A DNA stretch of 64,000 nt. It comes from an uncultured delta proteobacterium. GTDB lineage: Bacteria > Myxococcota_A > Polyangia > Polyangiales > Polyangiaceae. Under the pieces are notes generated by a model. The model saw nothing but the letters and a program-made list of their open reading frames with translations. It had not been told where the DNA came from and ran no database searches. Positions within the stretch are counted from its first letter, which is position 1. The number at the start of each line of letters is the position of its first letter. The position numbers were made by a program, and so were the translations under genes. The stretch spans positions 194,431 to 258,430 of the forward strand of contig CAVXQJ010000001.1 in assembly GCA_963763745.1 (NCBI GenBank). The letters are read 5' to 3'. This document shows, piece after piece, positions 20,327 to 29,891 of this stretch.

Positions 20327-21889
20327 GTGAAGCGCAGAGAGTTTCTCGTGCTGACGGGCGCATTGCCGCTCGCGTGCTCGCCTCCGCCCGCGCGCGTGCC
20401 GCGCGTCGTGCGCATCGAAGACGTGCTCGGGAGCGCGCTCGACGCGGCGAAGCGCGCGGGCGCGGCGTATGCGGATGCGCGCGTCGTGAGGCGGCGCGAT
20501 CAAGGCGTCTCGACGCGCGAGGATCACGTCGTCGACGTGCACGACGACGAGTCGTACGGAATCGGCGTGCGCGTGCTCGTCGTGGAAGGCACGCAGTCGT
20601 GGGGATTCGCCGCGACGGCCGACGTCGACGAAGCGAGCGCGGCGCGCGCCGCGGAGCGCGCAGTGGCGATCGCGCGCGCGGATCTCGGGCCGCGCAAGCG
20701 CCCCATCGTGCTCGCGCCCGTCGCGATTCATCGCGACAAGTGGGCGACGGCGTTCGAGACCGATCCGTTCGACGTTCCCGTCGCGGAGAAAGCCGCGCTG
20801 CTTCGCGACGTGTGGAACGCGGCGCGCGAAGTGAAACGTGCAAAATACATGGATGGAAACGCGCGCGCGCAAGACGAGCACAAGACGTTCGCGTCGACCG
20901 AAGGCGCGCTGATCGAGCAACGCATCGTGCGCGTGTCCGCGGGCTACTCCATCACCGCGACGGACGATGCGGGCGACTTCGTCTCGCGCGCGCACGAGCT
21001 CCCGCCGATGCAAGCGGGCTGGGAGCACGTCGCGCGATCGTCTTTGAAACGCGACGCGCGAAAAATCGCGGAGGACGCAGCGGAGAAGCTCGCCGCCGAG
21101 AGCGTCACGCCCAAGAAGTGCGACGTGATCCTCGCGCCGAGCAACCTGTGGCTCGTCATCCACGAATCGATCGGCCACTCGACCGAGCTCGATCGCGCGC
21201 TCGGTTACGAAGCGAACTTCGCAGGCACGAGCTTCGCGACGCCGGACAAAATCGGAAAGCTCGAATACGGCGGCGAGAACGTCACGTTCTACGCCGACAA
21301 GACGACGCCCGGCGGGCTCGCGACGTGCGGCTACGACGACGACGGCGAAAAAACGCAGAAGTGGAACCTCGTCGAAAAAGGAAAGCTCGCCGCGTTCCAG
21401 ACGACGCGCGATCAAGCCGCGTGGATCGGCGAGAAGCGCTCGCGCGGGTGCTCGTACGCAGAAGATTGGTCGTCGATTCCATTTCAACGCATGCCGAACG
21501 TGTCGCTTTTGCCGCCTGAAACGAGCACGACGCGCGACGTGTCGATCGAGGACATGATCGCCGCGACCGACGACGGCGTGCTCATCAGCGGCGATGGATC
21601 ATGGTCGATCGATCATCAGCGCTATAACTTCCAGTTCGGTGGTCAGACGTTTCACGCGATCAAGAATGGGAAGATCGCGGGCGCGCTGCGCGACGTCGCG
21701 TATCAATCGAACACCGTCGACTTCTGGCACGCGTGCGACATGGTCGGCGGCGAGCGGCATGTTTCGCTCCACGGATCGCTCGTCGACGGAAAAGGCGAGC
21801 CGCCGCAATCGAACGCGGTGAGCCACGGTTGTCCGCCCGCGCGATTCAAGAACATCAACGTGCTCAGCACCAAGGTGACGAAGCCGTGA
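20327..21889 (+). CDS. tldD: TldD family metalloprotease with twin-arginine signal
   Basis: MKRREFLVLTGALPLA Tat-type leader; TldD/PmbA fold motifs (HESIGHSTELD); 520 aa. Confidence 0.85.
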   Translation: MKRREFLVLTGALPLACSPPPARVPRVVRIEDVLGSALDAAKRAGAAYADARVVRRRDQGVSTREDHVVDVHDDESYGIGVRVLVVEGTQSWGFAATADVDEASAARAAERAVAIARADLGPRKRPIVLAPVAIHRDKWATAFETDPFDVPVAEKAALLRDVWNAAREVKRAKYMDGNARAQDEHKTFASTEGALIEQRIVRVSAGYSITATDDAGDFVSRAHELPPMQAGWEHVARSSLKRDARKIAEDAAEKLAAESVTPKKCDVILAPSNLWLVIHESIGHSTELDRALGYEANFAGTSFATPDKIGKLEYGGENVTFYADKTTPGGLATCGYDDDGEKTQKWNLVEKGKLAAFQTTRDQAAWIGEKRSRGCSYAEDWSSIPFQRMPNVSLLPPETSTTRDVSIEDMIAATDDGVLISGDGSWSIDHQRYNFQFGGQTFHAIKNGKIAGALRDVAYQSNTVDFWHACDMVGGERHVSLHGSLVDGKGEPPQSNAVSHGCPPARFKNINVLSTKVTKP

Positions 21890-23211
21890 GCGCGCGCGGA
21901 TTCGAAATCGGCGATCGACTGCTCGCGCTCGCCGCAAAGCTCGGCGCCGAAGCGACGGTGAACGTGCGCGAGCATGCGATCGGGCAGGTTCGTTTCGCGG
22001 CGAGCGAGATCACGACGGCGGGCGAGGCGAGCTCGGTGGACGTCACGCTCGGGCTCGCGTTCGGAAAGCGCCACGCGAGCGCGACCACGAACCAAACGAG
22101 CGAAGACGCATTGCGCGCTTTGGTGGAACGCGTCGCGTCGCTCGCGCGCGCCGCGCCGGAGGACCCGGAGCATTTGCCGCCGATCGGCCCCACGCGATAC
22201 GTGCAGAATGCACGCGCTTGGGACGAGGCGTCCGCGACGCTGAATCCCGCGGCGCGCGCGGCGGCGGCGCGCGCGGCCATCGCGCACGCCGATGCGAAGT
22301 CGCTCGTCATCGCGGGGTACGTGCAATCGCACGGCACGAAGACGACGCTCGCGGCGAGCACGGGTCTTCGCGCCGAGCACCAGACGACGTGGTCGCAAAT
22401 GACGACGACCGCGCGCACGCCGGATGGAGCGGGCTCGGGTTGGGCGGGCACGCAAGCGACGCGCGCATCGGACATCGACGGCGCGGAGCTCGCGAGGCAA
22501 GCCGCCGATCGCGCGGAGCGATCGCGCGGCGCGGTGAAGATCGATCCGGGCCACTACACCGTCGTCCTCGAGCCGGTGGCCGTCGCCGACTTGCTCGCGT
22601 TTCTCATCGAGGCGCTCGACGCGCGCGCAGCGGACCAAGGCCGCTCGTTTTTTTCTTCGCATCGCGTCGGCGATCCGATTTGGGATCCGCGCGTCGTCTT
22701 GCGCTCCGATCCGCTCGACCCTGCGACGCCCGGCGCGCCCTTCGACGACGACGGCGTGCCACTCGCACCGACGACATGGATCGAATCGGGCGCGACGAAG
22801 AGCCTGCATTATACACGCTTTTGGGCCCAGAAATCAGGGCGACCGCCGACTGGATCGCACGATGCGTGGCACCTCTCCTCGACGCAGCCTGCGGCGCCGT
22901 CCGCCGCTGCGCTGATGGCCGGCGTGAAGCGCGGCCTCCTCGTCACGCGATTTTGGTACACGCGTTGGCTCGATCCAAAACAGATCCTCATCACGGGCCT
23001 CACGCGCGATGGCGTCTTCTTGATCGAAGACGGAAAGCCGACGCGCGCCGTGAAGAACTTCCGCTTCAACGACTCGCCCGTGAAGATGCTCACGCGTCTC
23101 GTCGGCATGACCTCGCAGACGTGGCGCACGCCCGCCGAGGATCGCATCTTGCGCGTGCCCGTCGTGTGCTGCGACGACTTCGAGATGGCGAGCGGGAGCG
23201 ACGCGGTTTGA
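21886..23211 (+). CDS. pmbA: PmbA/TldE family metalloprotease partner
   Basis: GTG start overlapping the tldD stop (GTGA); TldD/PmbA-family C-terminal domain (GLLVTRFWYT...GLTRDGVFLIEDGKP). Confidence 0.8.
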   Translation: MSARGFEIGDRLLALAAKLGAEATVNVREHAIGQVRFAASEITTAGEASSVDVTLGLAFGKRHASATTNQTSEDALRALVERVASLARAAPEDPEHLPPIGPTRYVQNARAWDEASATLNPAARAAAARAAIAHADAKSLVIAGYVQSHGTKTTLAASTGLRAEHQTTWSQMTTTARTPDGAGSGWAGTQATRASDIDGAELARQAADRAERSRGAVKIDPGHYTVVLEPVAVADLLAFLIEALDARAADQGRSFFSSHRVGDPIWDPRVVLRSDPLDPATPGAPFDDDGVPLAPTTWIESGATKSLHYTRFWAQKSGRPPTGSHDAWHLSSTQPAAPSAAALMAGVKRGLLVTRFWYTRWLDPKQILITGLTRDGVFLIEDGKPTRAVKNFRFNDSPVKMLTRLVGMTSQTWRTPAEDRILRVPVVCCDDFEMASGSDAV

Positions 23212-23876
23212 TGAGGTTCGGGCTCATCGGAGACATTCACGCGGAGGACGAGCGACTCGCCGCGGCGCTCGAGATTTTTCGCAAAGAGAAAACCGACGCT
23301 GTCTTGTTCGTCGGCGACATCGCCGACGGGACGGGCGATCTCGATCGGTGCTGCGCGCTACTCCGCGCGAGCGGCGCGCTCGGCGTGCGCGGCAATCACG
23401 ATCGCTGGCTCGTCGAGGACACGATGCGCTCGCTCAAGAATGCGCACACGCGCGATGGGGTCGAGCCCGCGACGCTCGCATTCCTCGAAGCGCTCGATGC
23501 GACGCGCGAGATCGAGACGAAGCTCGGCGCGCTCCTCTTGTGTCACGGCGTCGGCGAGAACGACATGGTCCGCGTGCACGCGGACACCGACGGCTACGCG
23601 CTCGAAACGAACGACGACCTCGCCGCGCTGCTCGTCGCGAATCGCCATGCGCTCGTCGTCGGCGGTCACACGCACGAGCGCATGGTGCGGCGGTTTCACG
23701 CGAGAGCGCTGAGGCTCGAGGGAGACGCGTCGCTCGTGTTCGTGAACCCCGGCACGCTGGCCGGAGATGCGACGCCGTGTTGTGCGATTTTGGATTTCGA
23801 CGAAGAGCGCGTTCGCTATTTCGAGCTCGAGGACCCGAGCACGCCGCTTCCTTCGGAGATCATTCGATTGCCGTGA
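23211..23876 (+). CDS. metallophosphoesterase (YfcE-like calcineurin-fold)
   Basis: MRFGLIGDIHAEDERL...LFVGDIADG...GNHD...GGHTH motifs; ATG overlaps the pmbA stop (TGATG). Confidence 0.75.
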   Translation: MRFGLIGDIHAEDERLAAALEIFRKEKTDAVLFVGDIADGTGDLDRCCALLRASGALGVRGNHDRWLVEDTMRSLKNAHTRDGVEPATLAFLEALDATREIETKLGALLLCHGVGENDMVRVHADTDGYALETNDDLAALLVANRHALVVGGHTHERMVRRFHARALRLEGDASLVFVNPGTLAGDATPCCAILDFDEERVRYFELEDPSTPLPSEIIRLP

Positions 23877-23897
23877 GTGAGCGCTTGAGGCAGTTCG

Positions 23898-24875
23898 TCA
23901 CTTCGGTTTGCGGGCGAGGTCTGCGTCCTGTTCGTTTTGAGCCAAGATTGACTGGACCTGTTGTCGTGAGATTCGGAGCTTGCGTGCTGCAGCGGTTCGA
24001 TTCCCCGCGCACGCATCGACCATATGACGAACCGCGAGCTTCCGTGCATGCGTGACGGCCGCGTGCAAACCCGTTGTCGCCTCCGCAAGGAATTCCGCGA
24101 CCTCGCCCTCCGAAACGCTCTTCAGCCGCGTGCCACTCCGATGTCGTTGCGGGGGTAGACTCAGCACGCGCGATGCGAAGTCATCGACGTTCAAATTCTC
24201 TTTCGGCACGTACCGCGCGTTGAGGGCATCGGCGCGCGCCTCCGCGTCGTAATCGTCGAGAGCGGTCAGTACAAATGCAGGTCCATCAAACGCGCGTCCG
24301 CGCGCGTCGGGTGTGCGTGCATACTCGAGAAAGAGCAACCCGCTTCGGTCCGACGAGCTGCCGAGTCGCACATCGACGATGAGTACGTCGAGCCCGCCGT
24401 GCTCCAAGCGCGCAACGGCACCCACGAGGTCCGCCGCTTCCGCAATCACCACGTCGAGCTCGGCAAGTCGCCCCACGCTTCGAATGATGCGAACGAGCGA
24501 CGAGCGAAAGCCTGAGTCGTCATCGACGATGAGCATTCGCAATGGATGCGTGCTGGGCCCCTCTCGCCTCACGACGCGATTGGACAGAGAATCCACGCGC
24601 GGTGCAAGACAGAGCCTCGAAATGAGGGAGACGATGTGGGACGAGCGGTGATGATCGCTCGGTGACAGCGCGATAACCCGCGCACTCGGAACGCCTAGCT
24701 CCACACGCGCGTGCTCGCTCAAAGGCACAGTCGTGACAATCACATCGGCGCGAATGCTCGAAGGAACGTCGTCCAACCGATGCGCTTCCGTCACGTGTGC
24801 GCCGATCTGTCGCAGCGCCTTTGCAATCCAGCTGCGTTCGTGCGCTCCACGCAAAACGAGGACGTTCACATCCAC
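23898..24875 (-). CDS. response-regulator-like protein: degenerate receiver + canonical receiver + Fis-type HTH, no sigma54 AAA+ module
   Basis: Second domain MLIVDDDSGFRSSL...LDVLIVDVRLG is receiver-like; C-terminus GNRTAAARKLRISRQQVQSIL is a Fis/NtrC-type HTH; GC noticeably lower than flanks. Confidence 0.65.
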   Translation of the reverse strand: MDVNVLVLRGAHERSWIAKALRQIGAHVTEAHRLDDVPSSIRADVIVTTVPLSEHARVELGVPSARVIALSPSDHHRSSHIVSLISRLCLAPRVDSLSNRVVRREGPSTHPLRMLIVDDDSGFRSSLVRIIRSVGRLAELDVVIAEAADLVGAVARLEHGGLDVLIVDVRLGSSSDRSGLLFLEYARTPDARGRAFDGPAFVLTALDDYDAEARADALNARYVPKENLNVDDFASRVLSLPPQRHRSGTRLKSVSEGEVAEFLAEATTGLHAAVTHARKLAVRHMVDACAGNRTAAARKLRISRQQVQSILAQNEQDADLARKPK

Positions 24876-25020
24876 TCATCGGTGCGCGCAGACCGAAGTT
24901 GCGTCTCCGATGCACTCACCTGAACGAGCGTGCGGAAAATATTTTTGCGCTCCTCAAGCATCTCGAACGGTGATGAACCTGAATCGTGGACGGACGTGCG
25001 TTCACGAAACGAGGAGCCCC

Positions 25021-26802
25021 ATGAAACGCATACGCGTGGAGAGAGAAAGACTTGTCGCAGCCGTTCGCATCGGCGGAGTCATGGTCGCTGCGGCGACCTT
25101 CTGCAATGCGACTTGCAACTCGCCACCGACGGGAAACCTGGAGGTGCTCTCCAACGGGACTCCCGCGTTCGATTCAGCCACCGGCTTTGCGCAGTCGTTC
25201 TTCTCGAGCGACAACGCACTCGGGCCAGCGCAAGAGATCGCGCTTTCATCGAGTCGTGTCGTCGTTCGGTACTCCGACTCGTTCTCGACTTTCAATTCCG
25301 ATCCGACCGTGAATAGCTCGCAAGAGGAGGTGCTCGTTCTGACGCGCGACCCGATCGAATATCGCCACACGTTGGAATCGATCGTTGGGCCCGATCCAAC
25401 AATCAACCACACCGATCCGGGCCGGTTCTTGGAATGGGCCGCGCAGACGTTTGCGCCAGGTGACACGTGGCCGATAACGGACACGACGCTCGAACCGAAA
25501 GGCGTGATGCTTCCCAATGCAATCAGCTTTCCTTATCCAAATGCTTCTACGTCGCCCCAAACTGATTGGCTCATGACGCAAGCGATGTTTACCGGCTCGG
25601 CATCAACGCCCTTCGTCGGGCCGGCTGGATCGTTTGGCGGAACCATCAAAGGCCTCAGCGTCATGCGGCGTGGGGTGTGTTCCTTTGAACAGTCCATTAC
25701 CGATGCTTTGTCATCGATCACGGACATCCCACTACACGGCGACATCGGGATTGCCGGTTATGACATCTCCGGCGGCCTGGCGTCGTTCGTGTCCTACGCA
25801 CCCAATGGTGGGTTCGTCGTCAGCGCTCAGATCGACGGCTTCGAGCCTTTGTTGCCGCCGCTTCCCCCAATTCCCACGACCTTTCAAATCCTCGTCAATT
25901 ACACGTATAACTATGCTCTTGACGATGGCATTTTTGCCGTCGAGCCAACCCAAAACACGTACAACGTGTCCGAGGTATCGGGTATTGCGGGCGGCCAATT
26001 TTTCGGCGTTTTGAACAAGACGGTTCCAGACGACGTGAAGCTCAGTGCGCTCGAAGGAAAGCGGGGATCGTTCAAAGGCGGACAGGCGCAACCCATTCCA
26101 GCTCTGTTTGCAGGTGGAGCGAGCACCGTATGCTCGGACACGAGCAAGCAAAGACCGTCGAGTTGCTTCACGTTGTGTGCGTCCTCGGACACCGTCGACA
26201 TGACGAATCCAGGCACGTTCCCGCCGGAGGAGGATCTCGGCGATCCGACCACGATCGATCCACCGAGCTGGCATGACAGTGCGTTCTGCGGATTTCCAGC
26301 GGCGGCGATTGCGGGGATCACCACGTCAGCCGCTTCGACCTATTCAGGAATGACGCCAACCGGTCCAACGGACTTGAGCAACGCGGTGCTTGAACCGCTG
26401 AACGGCGACACGACCAAGCTCCATAACTTCCGGTGCAACTTCCATCCACGGTACGAGGCCGGTACGACGAGCACGACAGATCCTCTGACGACCGGGCACC
26501 CGTTCAACATCGGCGAGAAACCGCTCCTTACGGGGCCGCCGGTGTGCGAGGTCATCGTACGCATCAAGCGTATCAATGTATTTCCAGATGCCGCAGAGGC
26601 CGTGTTCTTCGACGGGCCAGATCTGCAGCATGTCGATCCGATCGAGTTCGGTGGTACGACACTCACCGGCCTCGGCAACGAAGCATTCGCGCTATTTCTC
26701 GGCTTGCAGACGATAAGTCCAGGTTCGTCTGCGCAATTGTGCTCCCGCCATGCGGAAACAAACCTCGTCACGAGATCGTGTGCACATGCGCTCTTGCATT
26801 GA
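25021..26802 (+). CDS. hypothetical secreted protein (593 aa)
   Basis: ATG 25021 preceded by GAGGAG 5 nt upstream; signal peptide; GC ~58% versus ~70% genome; no recognisable domain. Confidence 0.55.
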   Translation: MKRIRVERERLVAAVRIGGVMVAAATFCNATCNSPPTGNLEVLSNGTPAFDSATGFAQSFFSSDNALGPAQEIALSSSRVVVRYSDSFSTFNSDPTVNSSQEEVLVLTRDPIEYRHTLESIVGPDPTINHTDPGRFLEWAAQTFAPGDTWPITDTTLEPKGVMLPNAISFPYPNASTSPQTDWLMTQAMFTGSASTPFVGPAGSFGGTIKGLSVMRRGVCSFEQSITDALSSITDIPLHGDIGIAGYDISGGLASFVSYAPNGGFVVSAQIDGFEPLLPPLPPIPTTFQILVNYTYNYALDDGIFAVEPTQNTYNVSEVSGIAGGQFFGVLNKTVPDDVKLSALEGKRGSFKGGQAQPIPALFAGGASTVCSDTSKQRPSSCFTLCASSDTVDMTNPGTFPPEEDLGDPTTIDPPSWHDSAFCGFPAAAIAGITTSAASTYSGMTPTGPTDLSNAVLEPLNGDTTKLHNFRCNFHPRYEAGTTSTTDPLTTGHPFNIGEKPLLTGPPVCEVIVRIKRINVFPDAAEAVFFDGPDLQHVDPIEFGGTTLTGLGNEAFALFLGLQTISPGSSAQLCSRHAETNLVTRSCAHALLH

Positions 26803-26869
26803 TCCATCGACGCAATCTGCTGGCACCGTCGACCGAAATAGCCCATCTTCATCTCATCGGTGACGGACG

Positions 26870-27646
26870 ATGCGAATGGCAAATATCTTGCGCGCGCGAG
26901 TTGCGACGCTAGGTTGCGTCGTACTTTGGGCCTGCGGTGGTATCACCACCGACGGTGACGCTAGCGTCGATGGCAGTAGTGGAGATGGCGGCTCACTCGA
27001 TGCGTGCATCGCCGCTGACGACGCGTATGTCATCTGCAACGGCAACCAAGGATGTTTTCCTCCTACCGCGCAAGGCGCTCATAGCGCTTGCGAGAATTGC
27101 TTGTCCGGGCCGAACACACCCAGCCAGCCTGGTTTGTGCATCTCGGCGACCACGAGCGTTCCGCAGGGCATTGCCACCGATGGTCAACTGTACGTCGTTG
27201 CGGAGCCTGCCGCACCGAACGCGTGGGATCCATTCCCGTTCGAAGTCGGCGAGCTCTTTGCCAACAACGGCGGCGCGCCCCAGGTACGTTACGCGGATTG
27301 GAAGCCATGGAGTGGCGCACCGCTTCCCTCCCCAACGACCTGCCCGACCTTCGTCAATTTTCGCATTTGCGGCGGCAATTGCGGGAGCTGCAACACCAAC
27401 GAAACATGCACCGGGCGTTCACCCGATCATCCGTGGGGTCTTTGCGTACCTACGCTAGCTGGTTGCGACAATAACGGCGCGGATGGGGGTTGGATTGGAT
27501 GTGAGGCTGGCACCACGTGCCTTGCATTCCAGACTTCGACGGACGGTCAACCCATTGCGGACAAGCACGGGTTCTGTTTTTCCGGTTCAGCATGTCAAGA
27601 GGCGCAAGCGAACTACGCAGGCGGCGTTGTCTGCAATGGCCAATAA
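26870..27646 (+). CDS. Cys-rich secreted lipoprotein
   Basis: Lipobox VVLWAC; about 30 cysteines in CxxC/CxC patterns; low-GC island. Confidence 0.55.
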   Translation: MRMANILRARVATLGCVVLWACGGITTDGDASVDGSSGDGGSLDACIAADDAYVICNGNQGCFPPTAQGAHSACENCLSGPNTPSQPGLCISATTSVPQGIATDGQLYVVAEPAAPNAWDPFPFEVGELFANNGGAPQVRYADWKPWSGAPLPSPTTCPTFVNFRICGGNCGSCNTNETCTGRSPDHPWGLCVPTLAGCDNNGADGGWIGCEAGTTCLAFQTSTDGQPIADKHGFCFSGSACQEAQANYAGGVVCNGQ

Positions 27647-27675
27647 GACATTTGCCGGCAACTGAGGTGATGATC

Positions 27676-28260
27676 ATGAAGACGTCTCGGCGCGCGCTTG
27701 TCGCGAGCATCTTGCTCGCCGGTTGTGGAGGTTCGGTCGCTTTGGTGGATGGCGGCGTATCGGACAGTGCCAGCAACGACGCGCTGGTTGTCGATGCGAA
27801 TGTGGACGCACCGAAGGATGCCGATGCTTCGACCTCCGACGGCAATCCGAAGCCCTTCGATGGTGGCTGCAACACGGTCGTCAACAGCTCTCCATTCACC
27901 GTTGACATCACACAGACGACCGTGACTCCACCAACACCACAAGGCGGCTCGATCGCGAACGGAACGTACTATCTCGAAACGATCAACGATTATGGAAGTA
28001 TCAGTGGGACGCTCGCATTTGGCGCGCGTGTCACCGTCGCGCTTCAGGGAACGGACTTCGAGTTCGTGCTCGACCTGTCCAACGTGACGTCACGTGGGTC
28101 CGAGACGCTCACGACGAATGGCACGAACTACAATGCGAGCGAGAGTTGCCCGACCGTCACGACCGTTGGAAGCGGAACGTACACGGCGACTCCGAGTGAG
28201 CTTCGCCTTTACGAGAATGCTGACGGCGGCGTGCTAGAAAGCATTTACGCGCACCAGTGA
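27676..28260 (+). CDS. hypothetical lipoprotein
   Basis: GAGGTGA 7 nt upstream of ATG; lipobox ILLAGC; Ser/Thr/Asn-rich mature part. Confidence 0.55.
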   Translation: MKTSRRALVASILLAGCGGSVALVDGGVSDSASNDALVVDANVDAPKDADASTSDGNPKPFDGGCNTVVNSSPFTVDITQTTVTPPTPQGGSIANGTYYLETINDYGSISGTLAFGARVTVALQGTDFEFVLDLSNVTSRGSETLTTNGTNYNASESCPTVTTVGSGTYTATPSELRLYENADGGVLESIYAHQ

Positions 28261-28304
28261 CGTACTCGAGTGACCGCCCACGCGACACGCGTTAACGTGA
28301 CGGT

Positions 28305-28895
28305 GTGACCCCGACGAACGCGTTGGTTTGTGCCGCCATCGGCGCGGTGCTCGGCGCGGCGCTGACGTGGAGCAAGCCGGGCGAGCGCGCGCCGTGGTCG
28401 CAGACGCACGTCGTCGGCGGCGCGTATCGCGGGCAGGAGATCGTCATCATTGCGAGCCCTGCGCGCGTTCGGCTCGCTGCGGCGATCGCGTGGGGAGTCA
28501 TCGTCGTCAGCTGCGTTCACGCGGCGATGCTCGCGCTCGAAATGATGTCCACGACGATAACGACCTCGGGTGGTGGTGATTGCGCGACGTTTCCGTGCGA
28601 CAGCCAACCGCGCATCATGGTCGTGAGGAATGCGCCGCCAGAAGTGCTGCTCGTCGACCTGCTTTGCATCATCGCGACGGGCACGTTCATCGGCGCGCTC
28701 GGTAGTTGGGCGATGCACGCGCCACACGATTCGGCGAGCGCGCGGCGCATCAGCCCGCTCGTCGCGAGCGCAATGCTCGTCGTGCTCGCGCTCGCACGCG
28801 GCCCGGTGACGCCGATCTTCTTCGGCTTCTCCGTGCTGCTCGCGGCGTGCGTCGCCGTGTCCGCCGCGTTCGTCGCGTTCGCGCGAATGAAGTAA
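28305..28895 (+). CDS. hypothetical membrane protein (about 4 TM helices)
   Basis: GTG start; hydrophobic helices (LVCAAIGAVLGAAL, AAAIAWGVIVVSCV, LCIIATGTFIGALGSW, MLVVLALA...); moderate support only. Confidence 0.4.
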   Translation: MTPTNALVCAAIGAVLGAALTWSKPGERAPWSQTHVVGGAYRGQEIVIIASPARVRLAAAIAWGVIVVSCVHAAMLALEMMSTTITTSGGGDCATFPCDSQPRIMVVRNAPPEVLLVDLLCIIATGTFIGALGSWAMHAPHDSASARRISPLVASAMLVVLALARGPVTPIFFGFSVLLAACVAVSAAFVAFARMK

Positions 28896-28918
28896 CGCGC
28901 GCAGTGATCGCCGCTCGA

Positions 28919-29293
28919 TTACCGTGACGCAACTTGCCAATCCGCGTACGCACTCGCCATGGCGGCGGCGGCTTCTTCCGGACGCACTCCTCCGACGCCG
29001 GTACAGAGTCCGGGACAGTAGATGGATCGCACGTTCTCGGGATGCGACGCCGCAACACGCAACACTGCGCGCATCGCGTCGCGCACGAGCTCCTGCACTT
29101 TCGGAATCGCCGCTGCGTAAGCGGCATCGATCCCTCCGTCCATCAAACCATCGGCGTTCGCGGGCGAAACGACCGTGTTCTCTGCGAGTGACACGAGATC
29201 GCCCGAGAGGACGCTCACTGCGGGAAAGCGCGCGAACGCCTTCTTCAAGGCTTCGACGACGTCAGCATCCAGGTCGACGAATGTGAGCTTCAT
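28919..29293 (-). CDS. mini macro-domain-like protein (124 aa)
   Basis: VLSGDLVSLAENTVVSPANADGLMDGGIDAAY resembles the macro-domain ADP-ribose-binding N-terminus, and SIYCPGLCTGVGGVRPEEAA resembles the C-terminal loop, but the central ~50 aa of a canonical macro fold are absent. Confidence 0.45.
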   Translation of the reverse strand: MKLTFVDLDADVVEALKKAFARFPAVSVLSGDLVSLAENTVVSPANADGLMDGGIDAAYAAAIPKVQELVRDAMRAVLRVAASHPENVRSIYCPGLCTGVGGVRPEEAAAAMASAYADWQVASR

Positions 29294-29822
29294 GTCGTCT
29301 TACGCATTCTCGTCGACATCGCTTTCGTTCTCGCTTCCCGTAACGAAAAAGCGATCGAGGTATTCGCCGGGCTCGAGATCGCTCTGACGAATCAGTGAGA
29401 AGACCTCGGCGCCGGGCCCGACGGTCCATAATCGTTTGCCTCCGCTTCCGCGAGGCGGATGGCTTCATCGAACGAAGAAGCGCGCCAAAGCGTCACGCGC
29501 TCCTCGTAGGCGGCCGACGGAAGCAGGAAGACACATCGAACCGAATACCAAGGCTGCTTCACCCGGTCGACGCGGCGGGGCTCGAACCCGCAAGCCTCTC
29601 GGCCGGAGTTTCATCGATGCACGTCCACGCGGACGCGCGCCGATAGAACTCCGTGTGTCTGCCATTTCCACCACACGTCGATGGAAATCAAGACGCGTCG
29701 TGGGAATGTTCCTGACGCTGGCGTCCGTGAAGATCGCGATGAACAAGTTCTCGTGGCCGCTTTACGTCAAGCACGAGTCCGCCGGAGGCGGACTTGGGAT
29801 GTCGTCAATCGATGCGTTCTTC

Positions 29823-29871
29823 GCCACCCCGAACGGAGTCGGAGTCGGGGTCGGAGTCGGGGACGGAGTCG
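29823..29871. repeat. hexanucleotide tandem array (GGAGTC)x7 with GGGGTC/GGGGAC variants
   Basis: GGAGTCGGAGTCGGGGTCGGAGTCGGGGACGGAGTCGGAGTC read directly; lies just 3' of the phosphoesterase gene (minus strand). Confidence 0.85.
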
Positions 29872-29891
29872 GAGTCGGAATTCGATGCGAA

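Noticed and set aside
29823-29871. Hexamer arrays as CRISPR repeats
   Set aside because: The units are 6 nt with no unique spacers and no cas genes nearby. They are microsatellites rather than CRISPR arrays.
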